Assembly: GCA_013239625.1 (NCBI GenBank)
Contig: MU053652.1
Coordinates: 992,001-1,056,000 of the forward strand
DNA length: 64,000 nt
DNA from: Lama guanicoe
Lineage: Eukaryota
Direction of reading: 5' to 3'
Made by a program: the position numbers and the translations under genes. Positions 40,151 to 54,113 of the stretch are shown in pieces. The notes beneath the pieces were generated by a model. It searched no databases. It had not been told where the DNA came from and worked only from the letters and a program-made list of their open reading frames with translations. How positions within the stretch are numbered: position 1 is the stretch's first letter; each line of letters opens with the position of its first letter.

Positions 40151-40321
40151 TTACACATGTTATGAAAATCTGTTTTTCCTGCTTCCCACTCCTGAGCTGC
40201 AGGACTGCACCCAAATCAAGCTATAGATCAACGTAAAGAGAATCGAGTTGAAGTGAAGATGTAAACAGAGCACTTGGCAGCATTTTTTTTTTAGCAGTAA
40301 CAAGCTTTTTTTCTTATATTC

Positions 40322-40480
40322 TTTTTTTTAATTGAAGTATAGCTGATTTACAATGCTGTGTTAATTTCTGGTGTACAGCATAGTGATCCAGCTATACACA
40401 TACATATTCTTCTTCATGTTCTTTTTCATTTTAGGCCATTACAAGGTATCGGCAATAGTTCCCTGTGCTTCACAACAGTA
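40322..40480 (-). mobile_element. Cetartiodactyl-type L1 3' end fragment
   Basis: TTTAATTGAAGTATAGCTGATTTACAATG...ATAGTTCCCTGTGCT. Confidence 0.85.
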
Positions 40481-41844
40481 ATAGTCTAATCTGGACAAGA
40501 AGGTCTAAAAAGCATGAGCTAAAGGACATGGAGCAAAGAAGAAACTATCTGAAGTTTCCACCCAAACATGCCTTCGAGTTACTGAATCATACTTTAGAGA
40601 TTTTTCCATTCCTATCTCAAAACCATTATGCTTTATTGCCAAGTTCATGGAGGAACATCAAAGCATAGATCGCAGTTAGGCTGGACACAGAGACATTTCA
40701 GGATCACTGAGGACTTTTCACTAAGACAGCTCTGGCATTTTGCATGATGAATCACATCTCTAACCATGACTAATTAATCCCAGGAAGGAACTTACTTATC
40801 TAATGGCCTAAAAGGACCATGGTACACGTGTTAAGCTATTGTTAACAGTACCTAGTGGGAACATGTATGTTAAATGGTTCTCATGAATTCACAGCCATCA
40901 GCTCCAAGCCAGCCCTATAAATAAGCATAAAAACCCAGGGTACATAACTGCAGATCTAACACTGAATTTGTCAGTTTCCTTTTTTGATACCCGCTTGTGT
41001 ATTTCAGTGCAGCTGGTCAAGTGTTTTGAAAGGAAAATAACTAGTCACCATCACTGGCTCCTTCCACAGAGCAATTTTGCTTTCACTTTGGACTTAGGAG
41101 TAATGGAGTCCAGACAGGATAAAGTACACAAAAGTCGATATTACTCTTTAAAAGACAAAAGGAACATAAAATAAAATAAAAAGGACACCTATGAAAATAG
41201 TTAGTCACCCAAAGGTAACCCATCACTCAAGAGGAACAATAACCTTCAGTCAAAGAATAAGAGGATGCAAGAAGAAAAAGCGCAAGTCTAGAATACTACC
41301 ATTAGGGATGCACCAGAAGTGTCTTACTCCTCTCACCAAATCATGTCAAACATGAGGTGTCTGAAATTTTCAAGCTCTCTGACCTTGGGCAAGTCACTTA
41401 ACATCTCTGGGTCTGTTTCTTTCCTTGTCAAACAGACAAAATAATAAGCATACCTGCCTCACCAGGTTATCATGAGGACTGGAGAAGTGTGTGAATGTGC
41501 TTTGTAAAATATAAAGTGCCCTCAATGTGCGGGGTGACCAATTATTAGCAAGAAAAATAAATCATCTGTGAATCACAACATTGTTAGCCCAAATCCCCTA
41601 AAGCCTCCCCCATTCGAAAATTCCTGAGGATGTATATTTATGAACTGAGATCGGACCTTTTTTCTATGTTTTTATGGTCCTGGTACATTAAGTGCTTAGG
41701 ACAAGCTAAATAATGAGCAGTAGCAAGATGCAGGATCTGGAGAGGTCATGTCTCCTGCCTGGAGACAACTGCAGCTGGATTATCTCACACAAAGAAATGC
41801 CTGTTCAAAAATCTCTAGGCAAGGACCCACAATAGTTACATTGA

Positions 41845-42430
41845 CCCTATTTAGTTCTTTCAGTCATTGAACAAATAATTATGACACACCTATGACTCAG
41901 CAGGCACTGTTCTAAGTGGCTGGAGATACAGCTGCGAATAAAACCAACCCCTCCCTCATGAAGCTTACACCCTGGTTGGGTTGGGGAAGCCAGCATCAAA
42001 CAATCTAACATGTGGAGGTGGAGGCGGGGGTGGGGAGGGGCGAGAGCAGTGATAGGAAGAAACAAAGGCGGGGTAGGAGGAGGGGGACTCTTTTACTCAA
42101 GACCAGGAATGGCCTCTCAGATCAGGATGGCATTTGAACGGAGCTTTCTAGAAAGCTAGGGGAGAGAGGGATGGCCTATCTGAGGAAACTGACTCCAGAG
42201 ACAACAGAAGATGCACCAGCCCTGAAGAAGGACATGTTTGGCCTGTTCAAGGAACTGAGAATGGCCAGGAAGTCCATGTGCTTCAGAGAAGTGAGAGGGT
42301 GACAGGGACAGCAGATGAGGTCCAGGAGTAAGCTAGGAGCCAGATTAGACACCAATTTGCAGATTTTTACTCTAGAAGTGTTCTTTGAAGTCACTTGGGA
42401 GTTAGCACCCAAGCACAGCATGAGAGCTTT
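41845..42430 (-). mobile_element. L2 LINE fragment
   Basis: CATTGAACAAATAATT...CAGGCACTGTTCTAAG...CCTCATGAAGCTTACA...GGCATTTGAACGGAG. Confidence 0.75.
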
Positions 42431-42858
42431 CAACCAGCATTTAAATGGTGAATAATGAGTAACTATTTACCCTCACTCTGTCCTATCTCTTTCCAAAATA
42501 CATTTGAAATGGTTTGTACAAGAAGGTGGATAATACATATGAGAAAGGGGAACTAGTCAAAGAGATGTAGGACAACAAAGCCATACAAGTGTAAAACACA
42601 AGGTACACAGGTCATATGGATAAACACAGTGTATTTGAAATGAGCCCCCAATCCAACTTTGAGGTTCCTACTAGCCAACGCAAAAACAGAATGACAGCCA
42701 GTTATGTAATTCTCATTATCAAAAAGATTCCAATTCTCCTAAGGAAGTGAACTTTAAACTAGTACTAAATTCTAAAAAAGGTTCACTTAAAACAATAAGG
42801 AAGATAATATACAATATAGTGAACAATGTCCTCAACAGCTTTCTAAAAACAAAGTAAT

Positions 42859-42957
42859 GGGGATGGGGCAGGGATGGATATAGCTCAGTGGTAGAGTATG
42901 TGCTTGTATGTGTGAGGTCCTAGGTTCAATGCCCAGTACCTCCATCAAAAAATAAAA
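42859..42957 (+). mobile_element. tRNA-derived SINE (camelid-type)
   Basis: TAGCTCAGTGGTAGAG...GGTTCAATGCCCAGTACCTCC, A tail, 15-bp TSD TAAAAACAAAGTAAT / TAAAAACAAGGTAAT. Confidence 0.9.
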
Positions 42958-45409
42958 TAAAAACAAGGTAATTTTACATGGCCATTTTTTAATACGTTCC
43001 TTCAAGAATGTAACATTACAACACAACTCAGACCGAAGAGACTTTGAAAGACTGAATTAAGCTTTCCAATGATCCACTTTAACCTACAAATGTGTGGAAT
43101 TTAAACAACTAAATGGATCAGATCATGTTTCATTAACTTCCTCCTCTCAACAAGCCTTTTGATAGTTCCAGCCGACCAGCAGTTCTTTGAAGAGCATCCA
43201 CAGTACAAGCGCTTGGTGTTAGAGGGCTAACAGAGGACTGTTACACACTGTAAGACAGAAAAGCACAAGTAAGGCTGACAACCAGTTGTGAAAAATCGGC
43301 CTGACCATGGCTCTTACCTGAGCCTCAAGACTGCCAGACTCACTCTGGAAGCTTTTTAGGGCTGTGAGAAAATATGCTGTTTACCCAGTCCATGGCTTTC
43401 TGTTACAGAAGCCTGAGCAGAGTAACACACCACCCTGTAAGACCCAGGGAGCATTATTTTTCTTGGGTAAAATCTCAAGGCAAGTGTTATCAGTCACCCC
43501 ATTTAACAATAGCAACAGACTCCTCCCCAAAAGAGTTAATCGCCTGATCAAGTCTCAGATAACTAAACTAATTAACCCGCTATAAGAAATATTTAACATA
43601 ATACACCTGAATTTTGGTGACACCTGCAGAATAATTAGCATTAAGTCACGCTTTCTGAAAACAGTTAATACGCTTAATTGTCGACTAAGGGCATTCCTTG
43701 TTGGCATCCTGTGACCTCCCCTCCAGGAATAATATAGATTTAACGAAACAATTAATAGAAATCCCTTCAAGCAACTCAGAAAAACTAATTACAAGTAAGG
43801 CTCCACATATCCAGAAATCACTTATCAGGAAGCTTCAGCTCTACAGAGCAAAATCTACAACGAGAATCAAATCTCAGTGATCCCCATTCTGGGAACTCCT
43901 CAAAAATGGGCCTCTGAGCAGACAAACTAGATGTCGCTGAGCCTGCACGTTTTATGCAAGCAGCTGACCCCATAGTGAGCATGGCCTTCTCGCCTGTTAA
44001 GACAATTCTAATGAATTGTTTTAACTGCGTAACAGAACGAGCACCAGAATACTGACAAAATATCCTAACACATGATCATACAGCCAGAACTATTAAACTC
44101 TCAACAAACATTCAAGAGTTAACTAGTTTCAGAACCTCACTCCAAGTAGGAAGAAGATGAACAAGTAGCTTATTGATCTTTCTAGAACCTAACATTCCTT
44201 TCTGGTTTTGATCACAACACAGGGAGAAAAAAAAAAGTCTAGAGCTGACATGATTCTTGAAAAAGTGAATTCTATTTTCTTTCCCAGACTGCTTTTAACT
44301 AAGATACTAGGTTACACTGTTAGATCCACTCAGCCCTTATTTCAAAGGGTGAGTCAAGATTTTCTTTTCCTTTCAAATATGTAACAGCCAACCTACAAAA
44401 ATGCCTGACAGGAACAAACACCTATTTTGTCAGCAGGGGCACTAAAGACAGTTCTAAGCATGAGTAGAGTGAAAGTACAAACTGAAAAGGAGGAAAAGAG
44501 GTTACTAAGACTATAAACCCTAACCAGTCAAGTTGAGAAACAGTCTTCAAAGCCTATCATACAAAGCAGAGCACTTTATGTAAGATGAATAGTCTACAAA
44601 CACTTCCAATGAAATATAAAAATAAGAGACCCTCATTGTAATTCTTAGTTGTTTGAAAAAAATCAGACATTAAATGTATGAGACGTGTATCACTATAATC
44701 ACATAAGATATGGCTTCACTCAAAGCATAACCAAATCTACATTACACTTTAAAATCGGATTTTATTATATTGAATTATACACTGCAATTGCTTGTTTCTT
44801 AATTATGTCTTATTAGATCCCACGAAATACAAGATAATCCTGTCCCAAATGATAGCAATTCACAATGACAAGCCCCTCTGAAAAAGTTTTCTGATGCATA
44901 AAAACAACATCCTTTGATTCACTACAAAGAGATTCATTTAATACCAAGTGACAGGAAACAATTTCTGCTTTCAAGTCAAGTGAAAATTCACTGGTGACTT
45001 ACCTCAGACAGCACTTTAGCCCAATTACTACACCCAACACATGCAGTTCAGTATTTCAATTAACTCAGTTATACAAACCACTTTCAGAGACCGAAAGCTA
45101 TCAATCTTGTAGCCAACAGAGAAGGCCGTTACCAAAATTAAGTGAAATCACCCCTACTAAAGCATAAAACAGCCCAGGGATGACAAAGTCCGCATAAAAT
45201 CTCCCGCACCCTGACTGAACCAAACTTTACCTCTTTCCATTTCAAGCCCCATATCGTTAAAGCACTGTCTTTAGTCACCTCATTTTTTACCTCCAGTACA
45301 GTAATTTTGTTACTACAACACATAGTATTTGATAATTTTTTAACGTGTATGCTATTTCCTAATGAGAAGTTTCTAGTGAGTTCTTTAGAAAGTTTTTAAA
45401 AAAAAATAA

Positions 45410-45630
45410 GTCACCTTTAGCGTGGTATAATTCCTGTAAATTACACATACATCAGATGTACAACTTTATGAATTCTGATAGATTTATATGCCTATGAGAC
45501 CACCACCACAATCAAGTTAGCTAACATTCCCATCACTCCCCAAGAGATGCAAATTTCAAACTCCCAATTTATCCCTTCCCACCCTCTTTACGCCCTGGTA
45601 ACCCTAAGTTTGTTCTGTTTGTGAGTCTAG
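45410..45630 (-). mobile_element. L1 3' end fragments
   Basis: GACCACCACCACAATCAAG...AACATTCCCATCACTCCCCAA, then CCCAATTTATCCCTTCCCACC...TGGTAACCCTAAGTTTGTTCTG. Confidence 0.7.
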
Positions 45631-47874
45631 AAACAGGGTTTTACAAGATATTATTAGATAGTATGTTGTAATGGGTCATTCTGGAAATTCTGGGTTACAC
45701 AAATTGAAGTAGGTTTCCTAGCTACATTCATTTTCAGGAGACTTTAGTATGTTCATGTACAGGAGTGTCTGGGTGGAGGGGACATGATTATGTAGCATTT
45801 CTGCAATTTATCAATCTACAGAACCTTGTAACTCCCACCACCTTCCCTCTCCCCAGCATATAAACATACATACAAAACATACGTTCTTATGGAAATTTTC
45901 AAACACGGACAAAAATTAAGAGACTCTGGAACAAACTCAGCTTCAACAATTACCAACACATTCCCATCTGGTTTCATCTATACCATCCCTGACTCCAACT
46001 TTTTTCCCAGTTATTCTGAAGCAAATCCTAGACAGTATCATTTTTATTGGTATATATTTCAGCATGTATCGCTTAAGAACAATTTTTTTTTAAATAGCCA
46101 TATCATTATCTCAGCTTTAAAAAAAAGGTTAACAGTGCTGACTGGTTTCTTATACCTATTTTCGCAAGGAAATTAGGTCCTAAGGGCTACTCAGACTTTA
46201 ACACTCATTCCATTCACCTGAGAATCATTGTTAATCACTGTTAAACAGCAGGTTCAGCTCAGGTGGTGCCTGAGAGTCTGCATTTCTAACACGCTCTCAA
46301 ATGATTATTTTGAATAAAAAATAATGTCTCCCATAATATTCAGCACAATGACAGGTACCAAGTTTCCAATGTAAAAACACCTTCTGAATTATATGCCTCT
46401 GGTTTTTTTGCAAGGGCTTTATAAACTTTTAAAAGGATAAAAAAAATTTTAAAAAGGTTCTAAGGATCTTGAAATACTTTTTCTTACTGTGTCAATTGAT
46501 ACATGAGAATTTTCCCTCGTAACTTCCTGTTAAATGCTGAGTTTCTATGTTTTTCAAGGTGAAAAAACACAAAGGACTGGCTACTATAAGGACCAAGGTT
46601 GTAAACTCATTTCATAGCTTGAAAGCAGTTCACAAAAATACACGAGACAGCTGAGTATGAGACAGTGGGGTGCAGAGCCCACCCCTGCAAACCGGAAAAC
46701 GCAACACAGGGCACAAGCATCCAAATGCAAAAACAAAAACACAAGACAAAGTTACGACCAACAGAAAGACTACCCAGAGAAAACCCATTTACCAGCCACC
46801 CTAGACCTCAGGCGAACGATAAACAATACCATCACAAGCAGTGAATGAACAAAACCAAAAAGAACTATATTTTTTAAAATAAAGAAATATATAAACAAAT
46901 GCATACTAGTTCTAAGGCATTTCTAAGAGTTCTAAAGGAAAAGTTCCTCAAAAAGTACTATGTGAAATAAACTGTTTAAATACTGTGCAAAATCAGAAAG
47001 AAGTTCAGGGCTGAGATACCTAGTTCGCTTTCCTGCCACCGCTTTATTTAGCACATCTCATTACCTTTTCCTTCCTCTCTGAAGCATATGCAACCCACAA
47101 TCTGACCCATGAAAATTAATCTTTAAAGATTTTTTTTAATATGAAGCATTGATAGACTATTACTCCTGGATTGGATAAAATAACAAGAAATGATTTACCC
47201 TCCCACCCGAAACAACTAACAAAACAGGTTTCAAAACCTTGGACATTAAAGCTGTCAGAAGTTTCCAGAGCCCTGGAGAGGAGAGCTTCACAGAACACTC
47301 TGGAGAGCCTCAGAGGAGCTGCTTTAAGTCTTCACCCGAGCATGCGCGGTAGAAAACTACTCAAGGCCACGAAAAGAACCACCTGAAAGGATTAGCGAGC
47401 ACAATTACCTTAAATTGAAAACAGCCAGGATGAAAAGTCTCATACTTCGCAGAACGCTGAGCGGGGTACTCAGAAGGACTCTGCCGCAGCACTGAGGCAA
47501 AATGGCCCTCGACTGAATGTTGCTCCCGCTCCCAATTAGCAAAATTTAAAACAGGACCTGAACAGCCACGCTGTGTCCAAGTGCTTAACCACATCCCAGA
47601 ACAAGGCTCAAAAATATTTAGAGGAAAACAAAAATATCCACTATCAGTACCCAAGAAGATAAAATTCACAAAATTCAGCATCCAAAAAGTACAAAGGAAG
47701 CAGGAGCGGCATCAATCAACTCAAACTAACCCAAAAATGACAAGTGATAAAATTCGTAAACAAGAACATTAAAACAGTTATAATACCTATATTCCATATG
47801 TTCAAGAAGCTATGGGAAAGACTGAACAAGTAGGCAGAGACATTAAAGATATTTTTTAAAGAGCCAAATCAAAC

Positions 47875-48379
47875 TGTTAGGTAGTTTAGATAGAAATGAG
47901 CACTGGGAAGGGAGAGAGGAAGGGAAAAGGAACAACCCAGAAAATGGCAGTGTGTCTGCATTCAGGAAAAAGGACTCCATAAATTTTAACTTTCTCTAAA
48001 TGAGAGCCAGTAAAAGAAGCCGGTTAAAATCAAAGCACTGCAGCTGCGCCTGGGAGGGGGCGCTGGTATAACCTGACCCAATGAACCCGCCCAAAAGGGG
48101 ATGGGCGTGCCAGAGCGCAGGGAACCTGAGTTGTCAATCAATCAATCAATCAATCAGGAAACCAGGATCTAAAAACAGGAAAAACAAAGGAACCGCGCCA
48201 TTTTTCCTCTCTTGGATTGGCCCGCTCCCAGTTCTCGGAAGTGGACAATCTTTTACTATTTCTTTTTTTACTTCACTAATAAAAATCTTGCTTATATCAT
48301 GCTTTCCGTCTCTCGTCAGAAACTTTTTTTCGGGTGACTAAGGACCGATGTAATTCTTATTTTCCTTTCCCCAGTAACA
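47875..48379 (+). mobile_element. ERV1-class solo LTR (505 bp)
   Basis: Termini TGTTA...TAACA, 4-bp TSD AAAC (47871-47874, 48380-48383), AATAAA at 48278-48283, many retained CpGs. Confidence 0.88.
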
Positions 48380-50746
48380 AAACTTCTTAGGGAGCAAAAC
48401 CACAATCTAATAAAAATTACATTACACGGAATTAACAGCAGATTAGGAATTGCGGAAAAGATTAGTGAGCTTGACTACACAGCATTAGAAACTATACAAA
48501 AGGAAACACTAAGTTAGAAAAGACACTCCCCCACAAAAAAGAAAAATAGAACATCAGCAATCAGTGAGCTGTGGGAGAACTTCAAGTGTCTTAAAATACT
48601 TAGCGGTACATCTAACAATATGTAAGACTTGACACTGAAATATACTCAAAAAAAAAAAGTGCTGAGAGGAATTAAATGCAGAGATACCTTGTCCATGGAT
48701 CAGAAGGCTCATATTGTTAAGATGTCAAATCTCCCATATTAATCAGTACACCCAACGCAGTCCCAACCAAAATCCCAGCAGGTTTTACTTTATAAATTGA
48801 TTAGTTAATTCTAAAACTTACATGGAAAGGCAAAGGGCCTAGAATAGCCAAAATAACTTCGAAAAAGTAGAATACCATGGAAAGCTTACGCTATCAATCT
48901 CCAGCAATTATTAAAAAAAAAAAGTAATCAAGACTGTGTGGTATTGTCATTAAGACAAACGAATGGAACAGACTAGAGAGTCAGGATATAGACCCATGCT
49001 GGCCAATTGAATTTTGACAAAGGTGCCTAAGATATTCAGTAAAAGAAGTCTTTTAAAAAATGGTGTTGCAACAACAGAATATCCTTACAAAAAAAAATTA
49101 ACTGGAAAAAAAATTGACAGGGATGCTGGAAGTCTCCTCTATCTTGACATGGGTAGTGGTTACACAGGCAAACATTTATTTAGCCTCATACTAATATGTG
49201 TGTACTTTCTATATGTATGTAGACCTCAAAAATGGAGACAATAAAGTCATATAAGTTTAGCATATAGAGTAAGATCCCATATTCACTTAAAAAGATATTT
49301 CTGTCTATTTATCCAACATTTCAGAGAGAGAGAGATCTGAAATTAGGTTCATCTAATATCAATGATAGTAACTTACAGAGGATACAGTTCAGAATATTTT
49401 TTACTTTCATCTTCACATTTTCCTAATTTCCCTTGTTTGAAATCTTTATAATGAAGGTATACTATTTTTATAACAATGCAGTGATTTTTCAAAAACTGGA
49501 AGCAAAGATATTAACAATGGTTAATTCTGGGTGAAGAGAATCAGTAATTTCTATTTCCTTCCCTGTAATTTTCTATATTTTTTAATTCCCCCACTTAAAA
49601 AATATTTACATAACTACAAAGATATAATATTTATACTATTTTGTTATGCTAAAAATGTGAACTGTATTATAATTACAACTATTAAGCCTCTGCTTGTACC
49701 TGGATAAGATCCACATGAAAACAAAAATAGTACTTTGGAAAATGGGATTTTTGGACAATGTTTCTCTTTGATGATTTTTTTAAACAAGTTTGTGCAATAT
49801 AATTATCATAAAAGAAAATGGGAAAAGCTGCAATGACAACTGCATAGAAAGACAACAAAAAGCGTGAAATGTGGTTGAAGATCCCACAGGCATTCAACAA
49901 CGGAGAAAAGATAATCTTTTCAACAAATGGTGTGAGAACAACTGGATATTCACAGGAAAAAGAGAGAAAAAAAAATCTAGACAGAGGTGTTATAGCCTTC
50001 ACAAAAATTAACTCAAAATGATTCTGAGACCTAAATATCAAACTCCTAGAAGTCAGCATAGGAGAAAATTTAGATGACCTTGGCAATGGTCAGTAACTTT
50101 TTAGCTACACCAAAGACATGACCCATGAAAGAAACAAATGATAAGCTGGATTTTATTAAAAATTTCTGCTCTGGGAAAGACAGATTCTCTGCCTAGAGAA
50201 TAAGAAGCCAAACCACAGACAAGGGAAAAATATCTTCAAAACACATATCCACAAACATCCAACAGCATTGTCTAGATGACAGCAGGGCAAACACTCCCCT
50301 CTTAATCATGCAGTAGAGAAGAGTAAATAGCGATAGTCCTCAAATACGCAGCTTCTGGCAAGAGCGTGGAAAACTACAATATACCACTTGTGGAAGTGTA
50401 AATTACTGTCTTTCTGGAGGACATCTTGGCTCTATCCGTCAAAATACAAAACACACATATATTCTAAAGCAGCCATTCCATTTCCATTGCCATGAATTTA
50501 TACCATGTGTCCAATGTACATGAATGCTCACTGGAACTTATGTTTAACAGAAGGAAAAAAAAAACAGAAGTGTGTGTTAAAAAGGGAGGAGTAGGGGCCA
50601 CCAATTAAATATTTTGGTGTATCCATGTGACAGAATGCTACATAGCCACTAAAAAAATGAGAAAGATCAATGCACTGCTAGAAAAGGTCTCCAAGATAAA
50701 GAAAAAGAATTGAACAAAGGTTCAAAAGTGTACATAGTATGATCCC

Positions 50747-50850
50747 TTTTGTTTTTTGTTTGTTTGTTTTAGTGGAGATACTGGGGATTGAACCCAGGAC
50801 CTCATGCTTGTTAAGCGTACTCCCTATCACTGAGCTACTACCCTCCCCCT
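50747..50850 (-). mobile_element. tRNA-derived SINE (camelid-type)
   Basis: Plus strand T-rich tail, then GGAGATACTGGGGATTGAACCCAGGACCTC...CACTGAGCTACTACCCTCCCC. Confidence 0.88.
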
Positions 50851-52786
50851 CGATTTGTTTAAACAATATATAATATATAATTTTATGACTATTTCTTAAG
50901 TACATGTAAATACATAAATAATATTATATTAATATAACTACTATACACATAAATATATATTCTTTTGTTTAAAGATCACACATTCACACACACTTAAATA
51001 TATTTTTCTCAAGAAACCACAGGACACTTAACAGGGGTATGTTTCAGAAGGGAGATGAACAGGGAGAAAAGCCTACTTTTTTTTGTACCTTTTAAAATAT
51101 TTGAATTTTCTAAATATGTAACTAACTTTAGAAAATTATGTATGTAATTTAAGAAAATCATATATATAATTTTTAATGGCAATAAGGGTTTTCTAGGGGA
51201 AGAAATTACATGCCCTTTGATTTGCTTGTTTATAGTCTTTCTGTCTTCAACAAACGTTTTACATTTTATGTCTGTTCATATTTTACATGTATATATACAC
51301 ACAGAAGCATACATATAGCTAAATCTAGTTTCTTTAGCTGACCCTCAAATTATCCAATAATTACCATCTTACTTCAGTTACACAAGGTTTCCTGGTTACA
51401 AAGAGAACATTCTGAAAACTGGAAACATTCTAGTCAACCTACCAAGGATACTTCTGACGAAAGATTATATTCTGTTTGCTATCTAGCAAACGTATTCAAA
51501 TCAAGTTTCTAACCAGAGGAGCTGGTACTCCTAGAAAGGAGAAAATGAACATCTGAGTGTCTTCTCTGTGCTAAACTGTGCTAGGTACTTTTACATTCTC
51601 CTATTTAATCTTTCCAAACCCCACAGCACATTGTATTATTATTCCATTTTACGAGTGACAAATTAAGACACAAGGGCTTTAAGCAATGAGTCCAAGGTTA
51701 TTTTACATGGATAATACAGTAAGTTTCTACTAACTACATGGGACCTCCCACTGAAGACTGTGACCACATTTATCTGTAAGAAATGGCTTGGAAAAAACTG
51801 ACCACATCACTCAACATTAAAATTCTACGCCTCAAAGCCTGCAAGAAATTTCAACGTTAAAAATTACACGAGGTTAGAAAGTAAAACATGGGTTCCCAAG
51901 ATATTAATTCTGCATGTTTAGCCAGGAAAAAAACGGGATTTTGCCCCTTACATCCATATATGCTGTCAGGTGCCCCAGGACTTCCAGAAAGTTTATACAT
52001 GTTTAGTCTCCAGATATTCCAGCAGTGGTTTTCAAACAGCACTGCATCACTAGTGTCAAGACTCCCCAGGATACAAAGAGAGCTGGAAACCCTAAAAAGC
52101 ATGAGACAGGCTCAAACAAAGAGAGGAGCTGGTGCTGGAAAAACAACAGTAACCCCCAACAACAATATCCAGGACGCTGCTCCAAACAGCAACCACATTC
52201 CTTTCCTGCCACAATCTGTGTCATGGACCTCAAAGCTGTCTGTTCAAAGCTCTGATCAAAATGTGGCCTCCTTCAACAGTTGACTTTGAATTAAATACAG
52301 GGCTGACCAAAATGCTCTCTCAGGAGAAAAGGAATTTAACAGGTGTCTTCAAGAAAGGATTTTCTAAGTTTTTGAAATCCCAACTTCTGTGACAACATGA
52401 AAGTTGATGAAAATGTGAGCCTTTAACTGCCTTCCAACCTCCTTGACATCTGTAAGCAGAGTCTGTCTACAAAAGCTCTGCTCTGAGGTTTCAATAAGGT
52501 CTCCTCAAGTCACAGCCGAAGTCTGTCTTCCCAATTAAACCGGCTATTAAAGGCCAACTTATAAAAAGCAGAGAGTCAACGTTTAATTGGGAAGTAAATC
52601 ACCTAACAGTAAGTGGTAGACACATTTCCCAATTAAAAATCTGACAAGACCTCACAAAAATAAAATAGCATCTCCAAAATGCCATCTTGCTTATTTCCTG
52701 TTTAGAAAGGCTGCCTGGCCAAAAAAACCTAGGAGTGGGGGCGGGGGGGTGAGGGGGAGAATGAATAAAAAAGTAGGAAAATGCTC

Positions 52787-52805
52787 TGTGTGTGTGTGTG
52801 TGTGT
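52787..52805. repeat. (TG)n microsatellite, about 9 units
   Basis: Directly visible. Confidence 0.9.
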
Positions 52806-53924
52806 CCCTAAAACTGTCCAAACTGTACATCAGCAGGTAATCAGGACTCCGTCCACTCAATTAGTTCCATTTTAAAGGGCCACTGGCAAGACTTAAAACC
52901 AAAAGCTGTGGTTAACAGCAGCTTCCAAAAGACTCAAGCCCAAACATTGTGTCTCCTCATCAAAGGCCTGCCTCATGAAAGAACAACTTCTTCTGCAAAA
53001 CCCCGGAGTCAACCCTTTGAAACTTCTGACTGTCCTGAAATACTTTTATTCAGGACTTCATAAACAGTTACAAATTTCACTTACAAGTCCCAAGGTACTT
53101 AAATAACCCATCTACCACAGGTAACACTTTCATTGCAATTACACTATACTTCTTTAAATTATTTTGACTTCAAAATACTTTAAAGTGATGGACTATCACA
53201 CTAGCAAAATAGTCACCAATTAACTGTTTGGTACCATGGCTGCAAATAGTGATGAGATTTAGATATTATCCATGTCTACACTTACCCTGTCCTCAGGGCA
53301 AACTCCTATCCACCTGTAGTTTTTCTGCTAGTTAAAACTGTAATGATAAATGCTGTTCCAACTATTAAGGATAGTATGAAAACATACGATAAAGTGTTAT
53401 GCTAATATATAATGTAGTATAGAAATGACATTTTTTACATATCAGAGCAAGAGAACTGAAGGAAAATTTTTAACATTATTCCACCATTCAAATAGGAAAA
53501 ACAACTGCTTAGTGATAGAAAAAAACAAAGGTAAACTAATCAAACTTTTCGAAAGACAATGGACTCTATCACTAGTAATTTATTTATTTTGTGATAAACT
53601 GACAGGTCCAAGGAAATATGGAAGAAAACTGGCATGTACCAGATACATCTTCAGGGATGCTCAGATTTTATAAACATGAGACTAAAATGGTTTTCCTTTT
53701 TGAGGCTTGTTGCCAAAGCAACCAGGAAAGCTACAGTCTCTGAGAGAGAATTTGAAAAGAGGTTAAGGATAAGAGGAGGTAATCAAAGTTTTATGTGAGG
53801 AATTTAGAATCATGAATGCAATGTTGCAAGGGTAACACAAAGAATACAAATTGAACTGATAGACAAAGCAACTTCAGAGTCACAGAACAATTTACTAACA
53901 AGAAATATGCATCCCTCATTCTTT

Positions 53925-54113
53925 TTATTTCCATATTATTGAGATATATTTGACATATAACACTGTATTTGCTTAAGGTGCACAACACGATTTGCTACCT
54001 GTGTATGTTGCAAAATGATTATCACAGCAAGTTTAGTTAACATCCATCACCTCACATAGTTACAATTTTTTTTCTTATGATGAGAACTTTTAAGAGCTAC
54101 TCTCTTAGCAACT
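53925..54113 (-). mobile_element. L1MA-type 3' end fragment
   Basis: TTGAGATATATTTGACATATAACACTG...AACATCCATCACCTCACATAGTTAC...GAGAACTTTTAAGAGCTACTCTCTTAGCAA. Confidence 0.85.

Larger units (their letters stand above)
47160..51200 (+). mobile_element. Composite of old L1M fragments (5' UTR/ORF1, ORF2 and 3' UTR pieces) hosting younger insertions
   Basis: ORF1-like GGAATTAACAGCAGATTAG...AAAAGATTAGTGAGCTTGA, ORF2-like CATATTGTTAAGATGTCAA and TCTTTTCAACAAATGGTG, all degenerate. Confidence 0.75.
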
